A stretch of DNA of 64,000 nucleotides from Amoebidium appalachense (Eukaryota; Protista; Ichthyosporea): assembly GCA_963693365.1 (NCBI GenBank), contig CAVNZM010000001.1:12882418-12946417 (forward strand). The letters are read 5' to 3'. Of the stretch, positions 10,014-23,551 are shown in pieces. The translations under genes and the position numbers were made by a program. The notes beneath the pieces are model-generated. The model saw only the letters and a list, made by a program, of their open reading frames with translations. It was not told the origin of the DNA and did no database searches. Within the stretch, counting starts at the first letter, position 1; the number at the start of each line of letters is the position of its first letter.

Positions 10014-10431
10014 TGGCCTGTCGTGTATGTGTGCTGGTGCGTGTATGGGTAGGCACGTGTGCAGGCACATATTGGTGGTAGGCCGTGTGTGTGCGTGTGT
10101 GCCTTACAGGTGGTGGGGGAGTGCCCGCACCTGCCACGACGGCACTGGCCTTCAGCAGGTAGCCCTTTATCAGCTCGTCTGCGTCGCGCTTCTTTGCGCC
10201 CTGCTCTGGCGCGCTGTGTGTTGTGCGCAGCAACAGCAGCCCAGCCGGCCGCCTGGCCGCAGCCCAGCCCGCTGGTGCCGCCGCCTGGCCCAGCACAGGC
10301 CTCTGTGCCAGCTGGCCAAGCACCCCCACTCCGGGCTGGACGCTGGCCAACCCACGCGCAAGCAGCGGCACGCTGGCAGCCGGCTTGCGCGTGCAGAGGC
10401 AGGCCAGGCGCGCAGCCGTGCGCAGTGCCAT
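8724..10431 (-). CDS. Mitochondria-targeted single-pass membrane protein, Tim21/Coa1-like C-terminal domain, multi-exon
   Basis: Arg/Ala/Leu-rich presequence MALRTAARLACL..., a hydrophobic segment, then IIGE..VKIVFPVQGNMGSGRAFVKAE spliced to KDEEGTVLKSIKVIENRTGRPYRVYVRPRPQG-stop; family assigned by eye. Confidence 0.6.
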
Positions 10432-11139
10432 GGTCGCAGGGTATGCACCTGCCCAGGCCACAGCCCGAAGGGGGAAGCACGTATGGGGCCGGGACGGACA
10501 GACAGACACGCTCGGGCTAGCTTGCAGTGGCGGCGCAACTGCTTCCTTGGCTCGCCGCTGGCACTAGAGCACCGTCACTAAAGGGCTGGGCGCCAAGGCG
10601 GACACGGGTGCACAGAGGGGTGCATGCGGACACAGCTGTGGCAGGAACAAACTGGACACGTACACACAAGCAGGTGGTTTGTACTGAGCCGGTCACCCCG
10701 TCAACTGGCACTTGACTGAACTGAGCGGGCCGAAGCCAATTGTGCGAGCGGCCGCGGCCATTGGCTGGGGCCATGTCAATAGCCATATTTGGGCAGACGC
10801 GGCTCGCAGGCGGCGCCGGCGGCCGGTTGTCGTTCAAGGGGGGGGCCTTGTTGTCATGGGTTGTCCTTGGTATTTATGTCCATCGTTCTCCCTCTCCTTC
10901 ACAGAACTATTATAACCCCGATTCTCCTTCCTCCCTCCAACACTGAAATTAAGGCGCTTAAAAACTGACACACGTCATGGCAGGCTCTATTCCTCACTCT
11001 CTCTCCTCCCCCCCTCCCCCCCCCCCCCCCCTCCGGCCCCCACCCCCATCCCAACCCTTTCTCTTCTTCGCTCGCTCCTTCCCTTCATCCTTCCAACCCC
11101 CCAACCCCAGATCTCTCTCTAGTTTCTCTCCTCCCCCCT

Positions 11140-11344
<205 letters not shown>

Positions 11345-11576
11345 CTCTCCCTCTCTTACTCTCTCTTTCCCATGTCTTACCCTCTCTCTTTCCCTCTCTC
11401 ACTAACTCACACACTCTCCCCCTTCCTCCATCCCACCCTCCTTCCCTCCCTCCCTCTCTCCCTCCCCCCCCATCTCCCCCCGTCTCTCAACCTTATTCTC
11501 TTGAGTCGCCCTCCCCCACCCCCCACCTCCCCCCAACGTTTGCCTCTCGCCCTCGGATCCCCACAGTCTCCACCAT

Positions 11577-11627
<51 letters not shown>

Positions 11628-12032
11628 AAAATAAAATTAAATAAAATAGAATAAGTGACATACTGGCACCGTAGATGGATTGTGCCGTCAAACACACACA
11701 CGTTTCCGCCTTCCTCCTCCATTTTTTGGTTTGTGTGTGTGTTGTGTGTGCATGCATGTGTATGCGTTTGGTGGTGTTTGTGTGTGCGTGTTTGTGTAAG
11801 CAATGTGTGTGTCACGGTGCCTGTATATGTATGTACATGCAAGTCACAGTATATGCGTGCGTGTGTGTGCCGTGTGTTTGTGTGCCTGTATGTGCCTGTG
11901 TTGGCTTGTGCCTGCCTGTGCATGTGCGTGCCTGTGCGTGCTTCCACGTGTGTGTGTGCGCGTGTGCCACGGTATGCGTAATTTTTTTCGTGTAGGTGTC
12001 TGGGTTGGCCGATCCGTGCTTTTTTTTTTTTT

Positions 12033-12075
<43 letters not shown>

Positions 12076-12485
12076 GGGGGGGGGGGGTTAAACGTTGAAA
12101 CTCACAACTTCAAGTTCAGTTTGAATCCGAAAATGTGGTTTGAAGCCGTCTTGCTTTGCTGTATTCACTATTCGTGCGCATGCACTTGACGGAGGCCCAC
12201 ACATGTATCGTGGATAGAATGGCCTTCCTATATTGCGGCTTTCCGGCAGGATATTTTTTTTAATGATTTATCTTCGCAGCTGACGTGCCGGAGCTGCCTT
12301 GGCTGTGAGTCGTGTGACTCTCCATGGGTTTACACACTTTTTATTGCGTGGACATTGCCGGAGGCCCAGCCACATTCGACGGCCTACTGCGTTTTCCAGC
12401 ACAGCCAATCAAATGCAGCCAGTGACATATGTACATGCTAGGCAACAATGAGCGCCATCGTAGTATCTGACACCCCTATTACATA

Positions 12486-13525
12486 TTATGGGTAAGCAGA
12501 TGCTAGCATCGGTAGCTCCGACAGAAAGTTAAGGCACCGGATCACAATATCATACTGTGCAGCATTAATAAGGTGATCTAGGATAGTCATCTTAAAACGG
12601 ATATATTGAGGAAGAGATGAAGAAAAGAGAATAAAACCGCCAATAACCTCCGGTTCTAATACATTAGCTAACAGGTTGCATTTATTGATAGATATGCAGC
12701 CGCGAGTAAACCGCCCCCCACACATATTACACATACGAGCAGGAGACACCAGAAACCGATTACACCGCCAAGCCATAATCATCTTTGCGTTTTTACACCA
12801 CACCACATTACGAATAAACGAATCTATGTATGAACGAGACTCTCTAACCGTATCCGCCATATAGGCTACTAGTAGTTGGTGTTTGTGCGGTCCTAACACC
12901 GGAAGGGACTCAACACGTAGAGTAAAAAGATATCTATCAGCCATAGACTTGAAACTATTCATATTCACACTATGATCTAGCCGTACCTCCGGGGGGGTCG
13001 CCAGCCATTCCACATAGCGCTCGGCAATGGGCAGAGACGATGGGGAAGGGAAGAGGTACAGGGGCGCATCCGGCGGGGATGCGTGTAGCCGGAAGAGCGG
13101 GTGGTCCGGGGCACAAGCGGACAGGCGGGTGATGTGCTCGTGAAATTTAAGGGCTAATTCGTGTACGCGTTGTGATGGTGGTGTGAGTGCGTAGAGAGAA
13201 TCAAAAAGGCGTCTAGGGATAGGTGTGGAAAGACCAGTGAGAAACATACAACAAGTTGTGTAATGGAAATCATCTAATGATTTGAGGACATTAGTAACAG
13301 TATCAGGGGGTGCCATAGCTAGTAAGGGCAACCCGTATTCCGACAAAGGGCGAATATATGTGCGAAATATACTAAGACGATTGTATAGGTGGACAGTATG
13401 AGAAAGAGTAGCAAGATACACATCCCGAAATAACCGAAGACACCTGCCTGCACTCTCCACCCGACGGTCGATCATCCGTTTGAAACATATGCCCCATTCG
13501 TCCACCGGAATCCCCAAATACTTGT
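12486..13525 (-). mobile_element. Non-LTR retrotransposon (LINE A), C-terminal part of RT ORF
   Basis: KYLGIPVD, RTYIRPLSEYGLP and a C-terminal CxxC..FTRGCI..C motif; its upstream part lies at 15084-~15270. Confidence 0.82.
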
Positions 13526-13722
13526 GGGGGGTTTACGCTGTTTACTCGAGGCAAAGAGAACCAGTCTCAGGTATGGGGGGGGGGGTTTTGCTCGGAATAT
13601 CCCCTCAGCGGTATATCATGATCACGTACATAGATGTCGGGTGGTGACTATATATCAGGGTTTACTTTCTCTACGAGACACCATAAAGACTACAAGGAGA
13701 AATCAATTAGTTGGGGTTCCCC

Positions 13723-13765
<43 letters not shown>

Positions 13766-13797
13766 GGGCTCCCCTCGGGACACTCGGTATCAGCTGG

Positions 13798-13868
<71 letters not shown>

Positions 13869-15083
13869 TGCGCTATAATTTTGTAGTGATGTGTTTCTCA
13901 AGCCAATCAATACATCTAATAAACAGGTCGTAGTTACGCGTGTTTAGTATAAAATCAAGGATGTTGTAATTTACAGGTAGGCTATCTTTCTGGGTGTCTG
14001 TTGTGAATGTGACGTGTGTGTGTTGCGGTATTATGTGGTCTATCAAACTACATTTGGCGATACATGACCGGTTAAACTGGTGTGTGTGTGTGTTGTTTGG
14101 GCATGCAAATGATGCCACCTTATACTTATTAGATCTCCACTGTATAGCACGTGTACAGTAAAAGCGTGGTAATTGATCAATAATACCATCAGCTAGAGAA
14201 AGACCAGTTCTACAGGAAGGTAATATGTATTTAGGTGTTATACACTTGCGAGTGCCATATTTGGCAATATGGTTGAGGCGGTCAGTATATATAAAACGAG
14301 ACATAAGGCTTAGTTTTTCAAGGTGTATGCTTTCATCGGGTCTAGTGTCGTGTGGTATCTTTTTCCATTTGTTATATTGCGTGATTATCTTGTGATTGTG
14401 TACATGTTTAATAAGTAAGTGGCAGTCCAAAGTCACACACACACTATTGCGGGGTTTATTTGTATTTGTGCCCAGGGGAGAAGGGGAGAGAGAGGGGAGG
14501 AAAGAGGGGAGAGGTGAGGAGGGGACAGGTCGGATAGAGAAGAGAGGGTGGGAGGGCAAATACTTCTTTAAGCGGCTTATGTGCTTATTGAATTTCAGCG
14601 CGAGATAGGATACTCTAGCAGCTATTGGGACCAGACCATATATCGAGAGCGTTACAGGCCCAGGTTTACAACAGTTGTTAGATAGAAAGGAGGCAACTTC
14701 TGCTTCAAGGAAATTTGCCAAGGGTTTAAGCGCTCTAGTTCTCTCTTTCTTGATCCAAGCGGCGAGAAGGGGTAAACCATATTCACATGCCGGGAAGACA
14801 AAAGTGCGAATAAATGTAAGTCTAATAGAAGGATGGAGGGGTGTGTCTTTAAAAATATTAGCCGAGAAGAAAGCTAACCGCTTACGAGCCAACTCTACCC
14901 TCTTTTCGACCATATGGGGAAACATAACACCAACAGAATCAACCGGAACACCAAGATATTTGTATTCTGGAACTATAGGTACAGGTTTAGATGATAATGT
15001 AAATGTGTGTAAATTGTTAGCTATATCAGGTACAAGAACACCACATTTGTCTATGTTAAGGATCATAAGGTTTGCCTTGCACC
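13526..15083 (-). mobile_element. 5'-truncated LINE B inserted into LINE A, flanked by the 6-bp direct repeat ACTTGT
   Basis: WCKANLMILNIDKC, YKYLGVPVD, RTFVFPACEYGLP, C..FNRSCI..C; stop at 13873, then (CA)n and poly-A; acttgt at 13520-13525 and 15084-15089. Confidence 0.8.
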
Positions 15084-15270
15084 ACTTGTATTCGATTGGG
15101 CGAGGGAGGGGACTGCCGAAAATACAAACGTCGTCCCATGCCGGTATCGATTTTGATAAAAGGGCACACTTTTTGACATTAATCTGCATATCGTTGCGCT
15201 GGCACCAATGTTCAACCACACGAATGTATTGCCGTAGTTCGAGAGGATCGGATGACATAAGCACCATTTG
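15084..15270 (-). mobile_element. Upstream part of LINE A RT ORF (itself 5'-truncated)
   Basis: VLMSSDPLELRQYIRVVEHWCQRNDMQINVKKC..PRPIEYK joins to YLGIPVDEWG when the insertion is removed. Confidence 0.7.
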
Positions 15271-15324
15271 GCATGATGATGGAGTGTGGGGGGATCCACT
15301 GGCCGTTGTATTATTAATGTTCAT

Positions 15325-15985
15325 CAGGGTTCGAAGGACGGTGGAGCCCATTAACGGAAGTCGAAATCCCGTTTCGGAAAACCTCTTCGAAAATCGGAAT
15401 GCTCCGTCGGAGCAGGCCCGGCCACCAAAAATCGTAATCATCGCGCATCAGTAAACTAGGGCATGCTTATTTGTGCCTATATTGCATCAAAATGTAATTA
15501 TAATGCATACTCAAAAACCCCTGTGGTTATTAGAGGCCTTCCTGGTGTTGGCAGTTGAAGCTTTGAAGGAATAAAAGGGAAATATGAAAGCCTTAGGCAT
15601 TAATGCACAATATATATATACATTTTTTGTCTCCGTATTTAAAAATTTCTGGGGGAGGGGAGGGGAGGGAGGGAGGGAGGGGGGGGGGGGGGCGGGGGGG
15701 AGGGGGGGGGGGGGGGGGGAGTGAGTTGAGGCAGCAACATGGGAAGCTCAGGCAGGAATCGAATGTTTGGGGGGGGGGGGGGGGGGGGAAGAAAATCAGG
15801 TTGGGTGGTTGTATCTGTGTTTGTGTGTGTGAGTATTTTTCTTTGCAATTGTGTGTGTGTGTGTGTGGTGGGTATGTATGCACGGTGTGTGTGTCTGTGT
15901 GTATGTGTACAGGTGTGGGTGTGTGTATTTGTGTCAGCGGTAATCGGTGTGTGTGTGTCTATGTTGTGTGCATGTGTGCACATGT

Positions 15986-16017
<32 letters not shown>

Positions 16018-16227
16018 TGTGTGTGTGTGTGTGCATGACATTGTGTGCATGTGTGCGTGTGTTTTGTGTCAACGGTTATGGTGTGTGTGTATGTATGTAC
16101 AGTGTGCCACTGTATATGTATGTGTGTGTGTGTGCAGTGTGGTGTGTATGTATGCAGGGTGTGTGTGTCTGTGTATGTGTGTGTACATGCCAGTGTGGGT
16201 GTGTGTGTTTGTACCAACGGTTTCTTG

Positions 16228-16262
<35 letters not shown>

Positions 16263-16317
16263 GCCACGGGGTGTGTGTGCGTACGCCGTGTACATGGTGT
16301 GTGTGTGCAGTGTAAGT

Positions 16318-16360
<43 letters not shown>

Positions 16361-17361
16361 TCACAGTGTGTGTGGGTGGGTGGGTGGGTGCATAGCATGT
16401 GATTGTACAGGGTGGATGCATGTGCAAGTTTGTAATACAGTTATCATGATCCGAGATAGTATGTGCCTGTGCACGTGTACTAGCCTAGGTCACATGATTG
16501 TGTGGTGTCATGGCTGTGTATGTATGCATGTGCATGTGTGTCTTTGAACGGAACACAGTGGTGCACATTGTGTGTATCGCCTGCCATTGAAGGCGCGTGC
16601 CACTGATCGTGATACACGTGGCACCTGCACCTGGTGGCCGTCGACTCGTGAGCATCTAGATCCATTCCGTGTTTAGGCCTTCCTGGGGGGGGGGAATGGG
16701 GGGGGGGGGGGGGGGGAGTACTAGTGGGGGGGGGGGGGGGAGGGGGGGGGGGGGGGGGGGAGGGATCCGCCTGAGGGGGGGGTGGGGGGGGGGTGAGGCC
16801 GGAGCGGCGGTGGGGGAGAAGGAGGGGCAGAACTGGTGGAGGGAACGGTGGGCAGCGGAGGAGGGGGGAATGGGGTTCGATTTCTGGGGGGGGAAGTTTT
16901 GAAGTGGAGGTCGGCCATAGTATATATACATGCGCAGGCATGTGCATTGTATGTTCATGTGGCCATGCATGGCTATAATGCATATGTGGTGTCACGGCTG
17001 TGTGTGTGTGAATTTGTGTGTGTGTGTGTGTCTCTGTGTGTGTGTGCGTGGGTGTGTGCATAAATGTGTTTGGTGTGACAACATGTACATGTGCTAGGCT
17101 GGCGCTGTAGTCAGGGTCTGCCATTGAACATTCTACAGGGACAGGGAGACACGTACGTACGTGTGCAGCTTGTGTGGGTGGTGTATGCCCCGTGTATGAT
17201 GAGACCTGCGAAGTCATGAGAAGCTTCCCCCCGGGGGCGGGGGGGGGGGGGGGGGGGGGGGGGGAAGGGCTCTCGGACGTTTCGATTCGGCCGGGACGAT
17301 TTTCGGAACTGTGTTTTCAAATATCGGAAATTCCGATTTTTTTTCGTAACTTCGAACCCTG
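15325..17361. mobile_element. Non-autonomous hAT-type DNA transposon (2037 bp)
   Basis: 12-bp TIR CAGGGTTCGAAG / CTTCGAACCCTG; perfect 8-bp TSD ATGTTCAT at 15317-15324 and 17362-17369; no transposase inside. Confidence 0.88.
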
Positions 17362-18669
17362 ATGTTCATTGAACCTCGCCCAGGGCTTGCAAGACCTGTT
17401 GTATAAAATCAAGAAATCCGTTTTATCTCCGCATATGATGTGCACTGTACAGATATTTTATATACGTCGTTGATTAAACATGTACCTCGCTTGGAAGTGC
17501 ACAGAAGTACTGTTGGAACTCTGAAGGTTATGCGCAGGCACCTCATCACATATATGCATGTCGATGATGTCGATAGAACAGAGCCCCAGAGTGCCATATT
17601 TCCGGATTGTGCACAAATTCAGATAATGATTTTAAATTTAGAGAGGCACTTGTGAGACGTGTGCTCACTTCAAGCGTCATGGCACCCATGAAATCGAATA
17701 GGGCAGCTGCTAATAAATATCATCCGCACACGGTCAAATATTCCCAAAAGCCACCACTCAAGTGAATGCCCTGCATGCACCACTTGCTGCTTGTGGCCTC
17801 AAGTTTACCACATAGCACAGGCAGGCTCATATTACAGTATATTCCATCATGATCACTGCATCTGATTCACGGGCCGATTCTCGGTATGCGCTGGCATGCA
17901 CGCTGGCATGCACGCTGGTGTGCAGTTTGCATTCGAAATTGCTGCTTCCCCCGAACTTACGGTGACTCTGAAGTTCGTTCGTTTTTTTTCTTTTGACTGG
18001 ATTTATTCGACGGAAAGATCTGCAAGTATGCACGGCATACTGAGAAGACAACAAAAACTTCACGAGTTATCCAGTAACAAGTGCATATTGAGATACCTGA
18101 ACACTGTGTGAAAATCATATAAATACTCAATGTGACGACCAACAGAATTCAACAAAAAGTCTACAGTGTTCACATTGCCAGCCAGTGCACCAGACGCCCG
18201 TAGGGACTCGAGGTAAAACGCGACATAAAAACTCACACCTATCAACATGCTTTCTATTAAAAAGTTCAGCACAAAAGTGGCACCAGCGGCGATGGAAACA
18301 AGAATTACAACGCCATTGCACAACTTCCCAGGCAATATCAACATCAGAGCTGCTAAAGGGATTTTACCGAAAAATTTGACGTAAAGTTTTTTTAAAAGTT
18401 TTTTTTATGTTTTTTCGTGATCGCTTGACCAGATCACACTGCTATGCTGTTATCTAAACGTGTGTGTGCAGGGGGTATAAAAACACACTAACTGTGATAT
18501 TTTGATGCATTTTCGTAGCTCGGCTCCCGAGTTATTGCATTTTTAATTTTTTGAAACGTGCATAATAATGTTATGCTCAAACCTGCATAACGTTATACAA
18601 TTTTACTTAGTAAATGTGATTTTGAGTCTAAAATTTCGTTAAGATGCACCATACAGACTTATCTACTAG

Positions 18670-19446
18670 CTATAGGGTGGTATCCATACGTACAGCAGGA
18701 GAAATGTATCCTGCCAAAGCTCCCAAAAAGCGATAATGATCAGTACGGTGTTGCGTAAGGAACATAACACATGCCGACTGAGTTTTGCCTTTGATTTCTC
18801 TATCCGAACGAGAACGAAACTTATACTGCGTATGGTAGTAACTCGAAAAGGCAGAAAAAACAGGAAGAGAAAAGAAAGAGGGAGTGAGATAGCGAGAGGA
18901 AGGATCAGGTTGAAAGACGGTAGGCTGAGGACATTCAGAAGTGGGGTTGGTGAATCGGGCCGGGTGAAAGAGGGATGGAGGGAGGGGGGGGGAAGAAAGC
19001 ATAATAAAGAGGGTGACCATCAGGTATCCTAACTAGATGAAAACAAAAACGAAGAGACAATTCCTCCATACGACAAACAGCACACGACAATCCAAACATA
19101 CTAATTAAGGGAGGCACAAACCGAGTACGAAACAAAGTGCGCAGCGCAGTACCCTGAAAATCGTCGAACTCTTTCAGCGCGCCACGGCCGCCTCGCGAGG
19201 TGGGGCGCAGGCTAATAGCGGAAGTCCATATTCGAAAGTCGGCCGTAAAAAAGTTTTATAGTAGAGAAGAAGATTCGCAGGATGGATCATAGACTCTCGT
19301 TGAAACATATTTGACACGATGTGAAGCATACCCTTCGCACGAGCGATCCGTGCCGTGAGGAGCTTGCGGAAATCAATACCCCGTGCAGTAAAAGGAATAC
19401 CCAAATAGTCATAGGTGCTCTGAACAGGAATAGGAAGACCGGCCAA
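18670..19446 (-). pseudogene. Degenerate LINE RT fragment (third relative)
   Basis: YDYLGIPFTARGIDF..YYKTFLRPTFEYGLPLLAC, then stops and frameshifts. Confidence 0.75.
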
Positions 19447-19458
19447 TCGAAAGGAAGC

Positions 19459-19492
<34 letters not shown>

Positions 19493-19899
19493 ACTTTTTC
19501 TTTTGACTGGATTTATTGTATTCCCAGGGGAAAGTGAAACCGTTTGTGTGAAGGGTATTCCCATGTGTCTTGAGGCTTTTTCGCAGAAGGAAAAAGACCT
19601 CTCTCAATCAAAGATTTTCATGCGAATATTAATGTCTTTAATAGCACTTAGTTAGAAGCTGGAGAGACGGAAATATCTTTTGGCTGGTACTTGAAATTTT
19701 GATTCCAATTGGTTTTGGGGGATCGACCTGAGCCGCCAAGTCGTGGCTGCTGATAAATGAACATCAGGGCAGGAAATTACACTGTTTTCGAAACTTCGGA
19801 AATAAATATAGCGCTGATTTTCAGAAAGTACCAGTAAAGCCTGGGATTTAGTTCCACCTGAGTTAGAGGTTGGGGAAGTAAATAAAAAGAATAGTACCC

Positions 19900-19940
<41 letters not shown>

Positions 19941-20938
19941 CTGCCCAAAGCTTGAGCTCTCAATTGTCCCGATTTTTTTATGGGAAAACACTGGAACTTG
20001 CAATCACGAAAAAAGTTATCTACATACATACCGCATTATATCTCATGACCAGTCCATTGCCGGACATGTACAAAGCATTTTTTTTATAAGGACTTTATTG
20101 ATATGCTCAGCAAAATAGAAGCCATCGAGATATCACCGATATCTCGGAGAAGGAAATACAAAAGCCCAAAGCATTAGGAAAAAGCAGGAAGTAACATCCA
20201 CTCAATATTCAATTTAATCTGCCTACTGGGCTCGTTGTGTTTTGTTATGCATTCAAGCTACAAATTTTTAGAGATATACAATATTTCAGCAGATGGCTGA
20301 CTGAGGCTTGAAAGGAGCAGTCAACGTTAACACAGTAAATAGCCCTCAAACAAAGGGCACACATGATTGTTGGGAATGACTGACAGAATTTTTTTAATAT
20401 ATATTAATATAGTTGCAAGGTTATGATATTGCCAATGAATCATACGGGGGGTCCGGAAGGCCCCCCGACGCCGGATAGGTATACATATATCGGATAGATA
20501 TAGGGAAGTAAAAAGGAAGTAAATACCTCTGGACAAAAATAGGCGGCGATCCGCCAGGTGCCAAAATACAGTAATCCTAAAATGTAATTTCTAGCCCTGA
20601 TAAACGTGAAGAGAGCCGTCCGGAATCTGAGGGCCGCAGGCACATGTACAGACACGGAGTGGCGATGTTCACTGGCAGTAGCAAGAGTAGCTGACAACAG
20701 TGTGGGCACAGGCACACTTGTCCTTGCAGGGGCCCAAGCTACGCGTCCAACGTGCTGCTGTGCGCGGCACTTACGCTGAAGTGACGGCGTGGCGCGTCAA
20801 GATTCTGCCGTGGTTCAACGGGTACACCTGGTGGCCGTCTGTGGGGGGGCACAGGCACGGTCGCTTTTGCAGAGGGAAGGGGTAGCCCGCTGCATGGGCA
20901 CTTTGGAGCGGGCATAGTGTGGGCCACGTCGCCAGAAG

Positions 20939-22327
20939 ATGGCGAAGGACGCCGAGTTCGACACATATGCGGGGCCCCTTGCTCGGCTGGGGTCCGGGCT
21001 GTCCAGCAGGGCCGACACGCAGTCCGTGTGCAGCAGCGCCCAGCTGCTGCGGGCGCCCACGCGGGTCAGTGCCTTCAGCAGCAACAGCACCACCTTCACG
21101 CTGGGCCCCGCCCTGCCCTCCAGCGCCGCCCTGAGCGTGGCTGCGGGCGAACAGCTGCCGGCGCGGTTTGATCGGCGCTACCAGCTGTACACGTGGGGAC
21201 TGTTTGGGCTGGCGCTGGCGCTGGTGCTGGGCGTCGAGGCGGGCTTCACGGTGTGGACCATCAGAGTCAGCAGCTACACGGGCCTGCTGCACCACCTGTA
21301 CCTGGCCGCCCAGCCCCTGCGCCAGTCCCTGGCCACCCTGCGCGCCGGCCAGCTGTCCCCGGCCCAGCTGGGCGTGCTGGCCCGGCAGGCCCTGGCCGAC
21401 CTGCGCCACTTCCATGAGGTGCTGCGCTGGGCCAACGAGCGCGGGCTGGCGGCCTGGCGCGTGCAGATGGCCTGCACGGCCCTGCACGTGCTGGTGCTAG
21501 CCGCCGTGGGCCTGTGTGCCATGCGGTGGCGCACACACCCGGCAGTCAAGTCCCGGGGCTACGGCTTCATGGTCCACGCTTTTGTGGCCGGCCTGCTGTA
21601 CGTGGCCAGCTTTGCCTGCCTGGCCAGTTTGCACTTCCTGCGGTTCACCCCGGCTCAGCTGGACCCCACAAATATGGTTGCGGCACTGCGCGAGGACCGG
21701 CTGCTGAAGCTGCGCACGTTTGCCATCCTGACGGTGGGCATCGTGTGTGCCGCCCAGTTTGTCGGCGCCCTGGTGCAGCGCCAGCGCGTAATCTCGCTGC
21801 TGTTCTCCGGCAGCGTCTTCACGCTGCGGCGCAACAGCTACTGGGCGCCCTTCCCGCTGCACTTTGTAGTAGCGGCTGCGAGTGTCAGCGGGTTTGTGGT
21901 GTGGTATTTTGCCTACGGCTGGCAGCAGGGCATGCTGTACCTGGGCCTGCTGCCCCTGTGGCTGCTGCCCCTCGTCTACGGCGCATGGTTTCTGGTTTAC
22001 ATCCTGCGGTCCCGCCACGCACACCTGGCCTTTAGCGACTACTACGGCACGCTGCGGGTGTGGGCGCTGTTTGTGCTGTATGCGGTGGTGCTGATCGCCT
22101 TCAACCTGGCCGACGGCACCACGCTGTTCAACTTTGGCCTGGGCTGGCTGCAGATGGCCCGCGTGACCGTGACCATGGCCGCGCTGGACGGCCTGCTGTG
22201 CCAGCTGGTCCAGGTGCGCCTGCACATCGCCACCACAAACACCCAGCCTGCTGCCCCCCGCCCGCCCGACAGCAGCAAGCAAGCCAGCGCGTCCACCCTG
22301 GTGATCCTTGCGGCCGCTGAGTGCTGA
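20939..22327 (+). CDS. Intronless multi-pass membrane protein (about 8 hydrophobic segments; possibly 7TM receptor-like)
   Basis: 462-codon ATG-initiated ORF with strong GC3 bias like the other host genes; HPAVKSRG loop after a hydrophobic helix. Confidence 0.8.
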   Translation: MAKDAEFDTYAGPLARLGSGLSSRADTQSVCSSAQLLRAPTRVSAFSSNSTTFTLGPALPSSAALSVAAGEQLPARFDRRYQLYTWGLFGLALALVLGVEAGFTVWTIRVSSYTGLLHHLYLAAQPLRQSLATLRAGQLSPAQLGVLARQALADLRHFHEVLRWANERGLAAWRVQMACTALHVLVLAAVGLCAMRWRTHPAVKSRGYGFMVHAFVAGLLYVASFACLASLHFLRFTPAQLDPTNMVAALREDRLLKLRTFAILTVGIVCAAQFVGALVQRQRVISLLFSGSVFTLRRNSYWAPFPLHFVVAAASVSGFVVWYFAYGWQQGMLYLGLLPLWLLPLVYGAWFLVYILRSRHAHLAFSDYYGTLRVWALFVLYAVVLIAFNLADGTTLFNFGLGWLQMARVTVTMAALDGLLCQLVQVRLHIATTNTQPAAPRPPDSSKQASASTLVILAAAEC

Positions 22328-23520
22328 CCCAGCAGTGCAGGCCCTGGCAAAGGCTGGCTGGGCACCTGTGTGGCGTGTGTGCTTGTGGCTGTGCCTGTGG
22401 CTGCCCTGTGACTGCATGGCACAGAGGCCATGCCGGACAGGCACAAACATCGGTAGACTAACCTGAACCTGTGCCGGCAGTGAGCCAGGTGTACTGACAC
22501 GGCACCTTACAACCAAGGAGGCACTTCTCAAAGCCCAGAAGGGGGCAGCCCCATATATGTATGGCCTATGGGAAAACAACCAGCCAGCCGGGCGGACACG
22601 TCTGGTACTTAGCCACTGATGTCACATTGCCGACTGACCGACCTGAGTATGACGGCCGACATGCCATAGAATGCCGGCTTCGACAAGCTGCATAGGCCTC
22701 ATCAGGCGGGTGCCTGGCCACAACACTCACTCGGCGGTGGGGCCACTGAGTCGGGCTTACATGAAATGGGTGGGGACAGCATGGGGCTGACAACTGGGCG
22801 TGCACTGCGGCACCCAACACTTGCTCTTCACGGCACTCTGCATGCAAGCAAGGGACAGGAATTATCGGTCTGTTTGCTAAAATCCAGTTGGGGTGTTGGA
22901 AATCACCATCTTGTGAGATACCTCGTGCTTGTCAAGGGGTGGCAGGAGTCGAGAACATATCACGTGCATTCGAAGACTTGGAGAATAGCGCTACCTGCAG
23001 TTAGTGTCACACAGGGTGTGGAATTATTGTTTGATAAAGAGTGCTGCTGAATGAGGAGAGCAGTCGTACCTAGGGCTGGGGGTTTACTAAAAGATAGTTA
23101 TGCCTATGAAAGAGTGATTGGTGTAGTCTTGTGTGGATTATCGTAAGTTAAATCTCAACCAGATTAGTTTTCTAATCTTAGAACGGGCAATATATATGGC
23201 AGAGTCGAAAGGACATGCCACTCCTAATGTAATAATTGAGAATGAAAAATCTAAAGGAATGTACAACTTAGGAATAAATATGTGATGGCCATGAGTATCG
23301 GATCTTTTGACACGAGCAAACACTGAAACCAGCATGTGCTCTCACAACTTGCTCAGTGCTCCAGTGTGCTTATTCAAAGTTGACCTCGCACCCAAACTTT
23401 AATACCAGGCACGGAAGGGGAGCAACACCCCCGAGTCCGGGAAGAGAAGGGGGGGGGGGGGGGGGGGGGGGGGGAGGGGGGGGTGGGGGGGACCCGATTG
23501 AGAAATGCTAAAGGTGGGGC

Positions 23521-23551
<31 letters not shown>

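Noticed and set aside
13873-15441. A single 522-aa gene
   Set aside because: It is a chance fusion of the hAT end (15325-15441), a LINE A piece and LINE B
14675-15454. 259-aa plus-strand ORF
   Set aside because: Antisense shadow of the LINE RT frame
17370-18660. Possible transposase relic and termini
   Set aside because: No recognisable motif, matching TIR pair or TSD found by eye
21497-22579. 360-aa minus-strand ORF and other overlapping ORFs in GC-rich genes and Ngaro copies
   Set aside because: Antisense or alternate-frame shadows expected at high GC3
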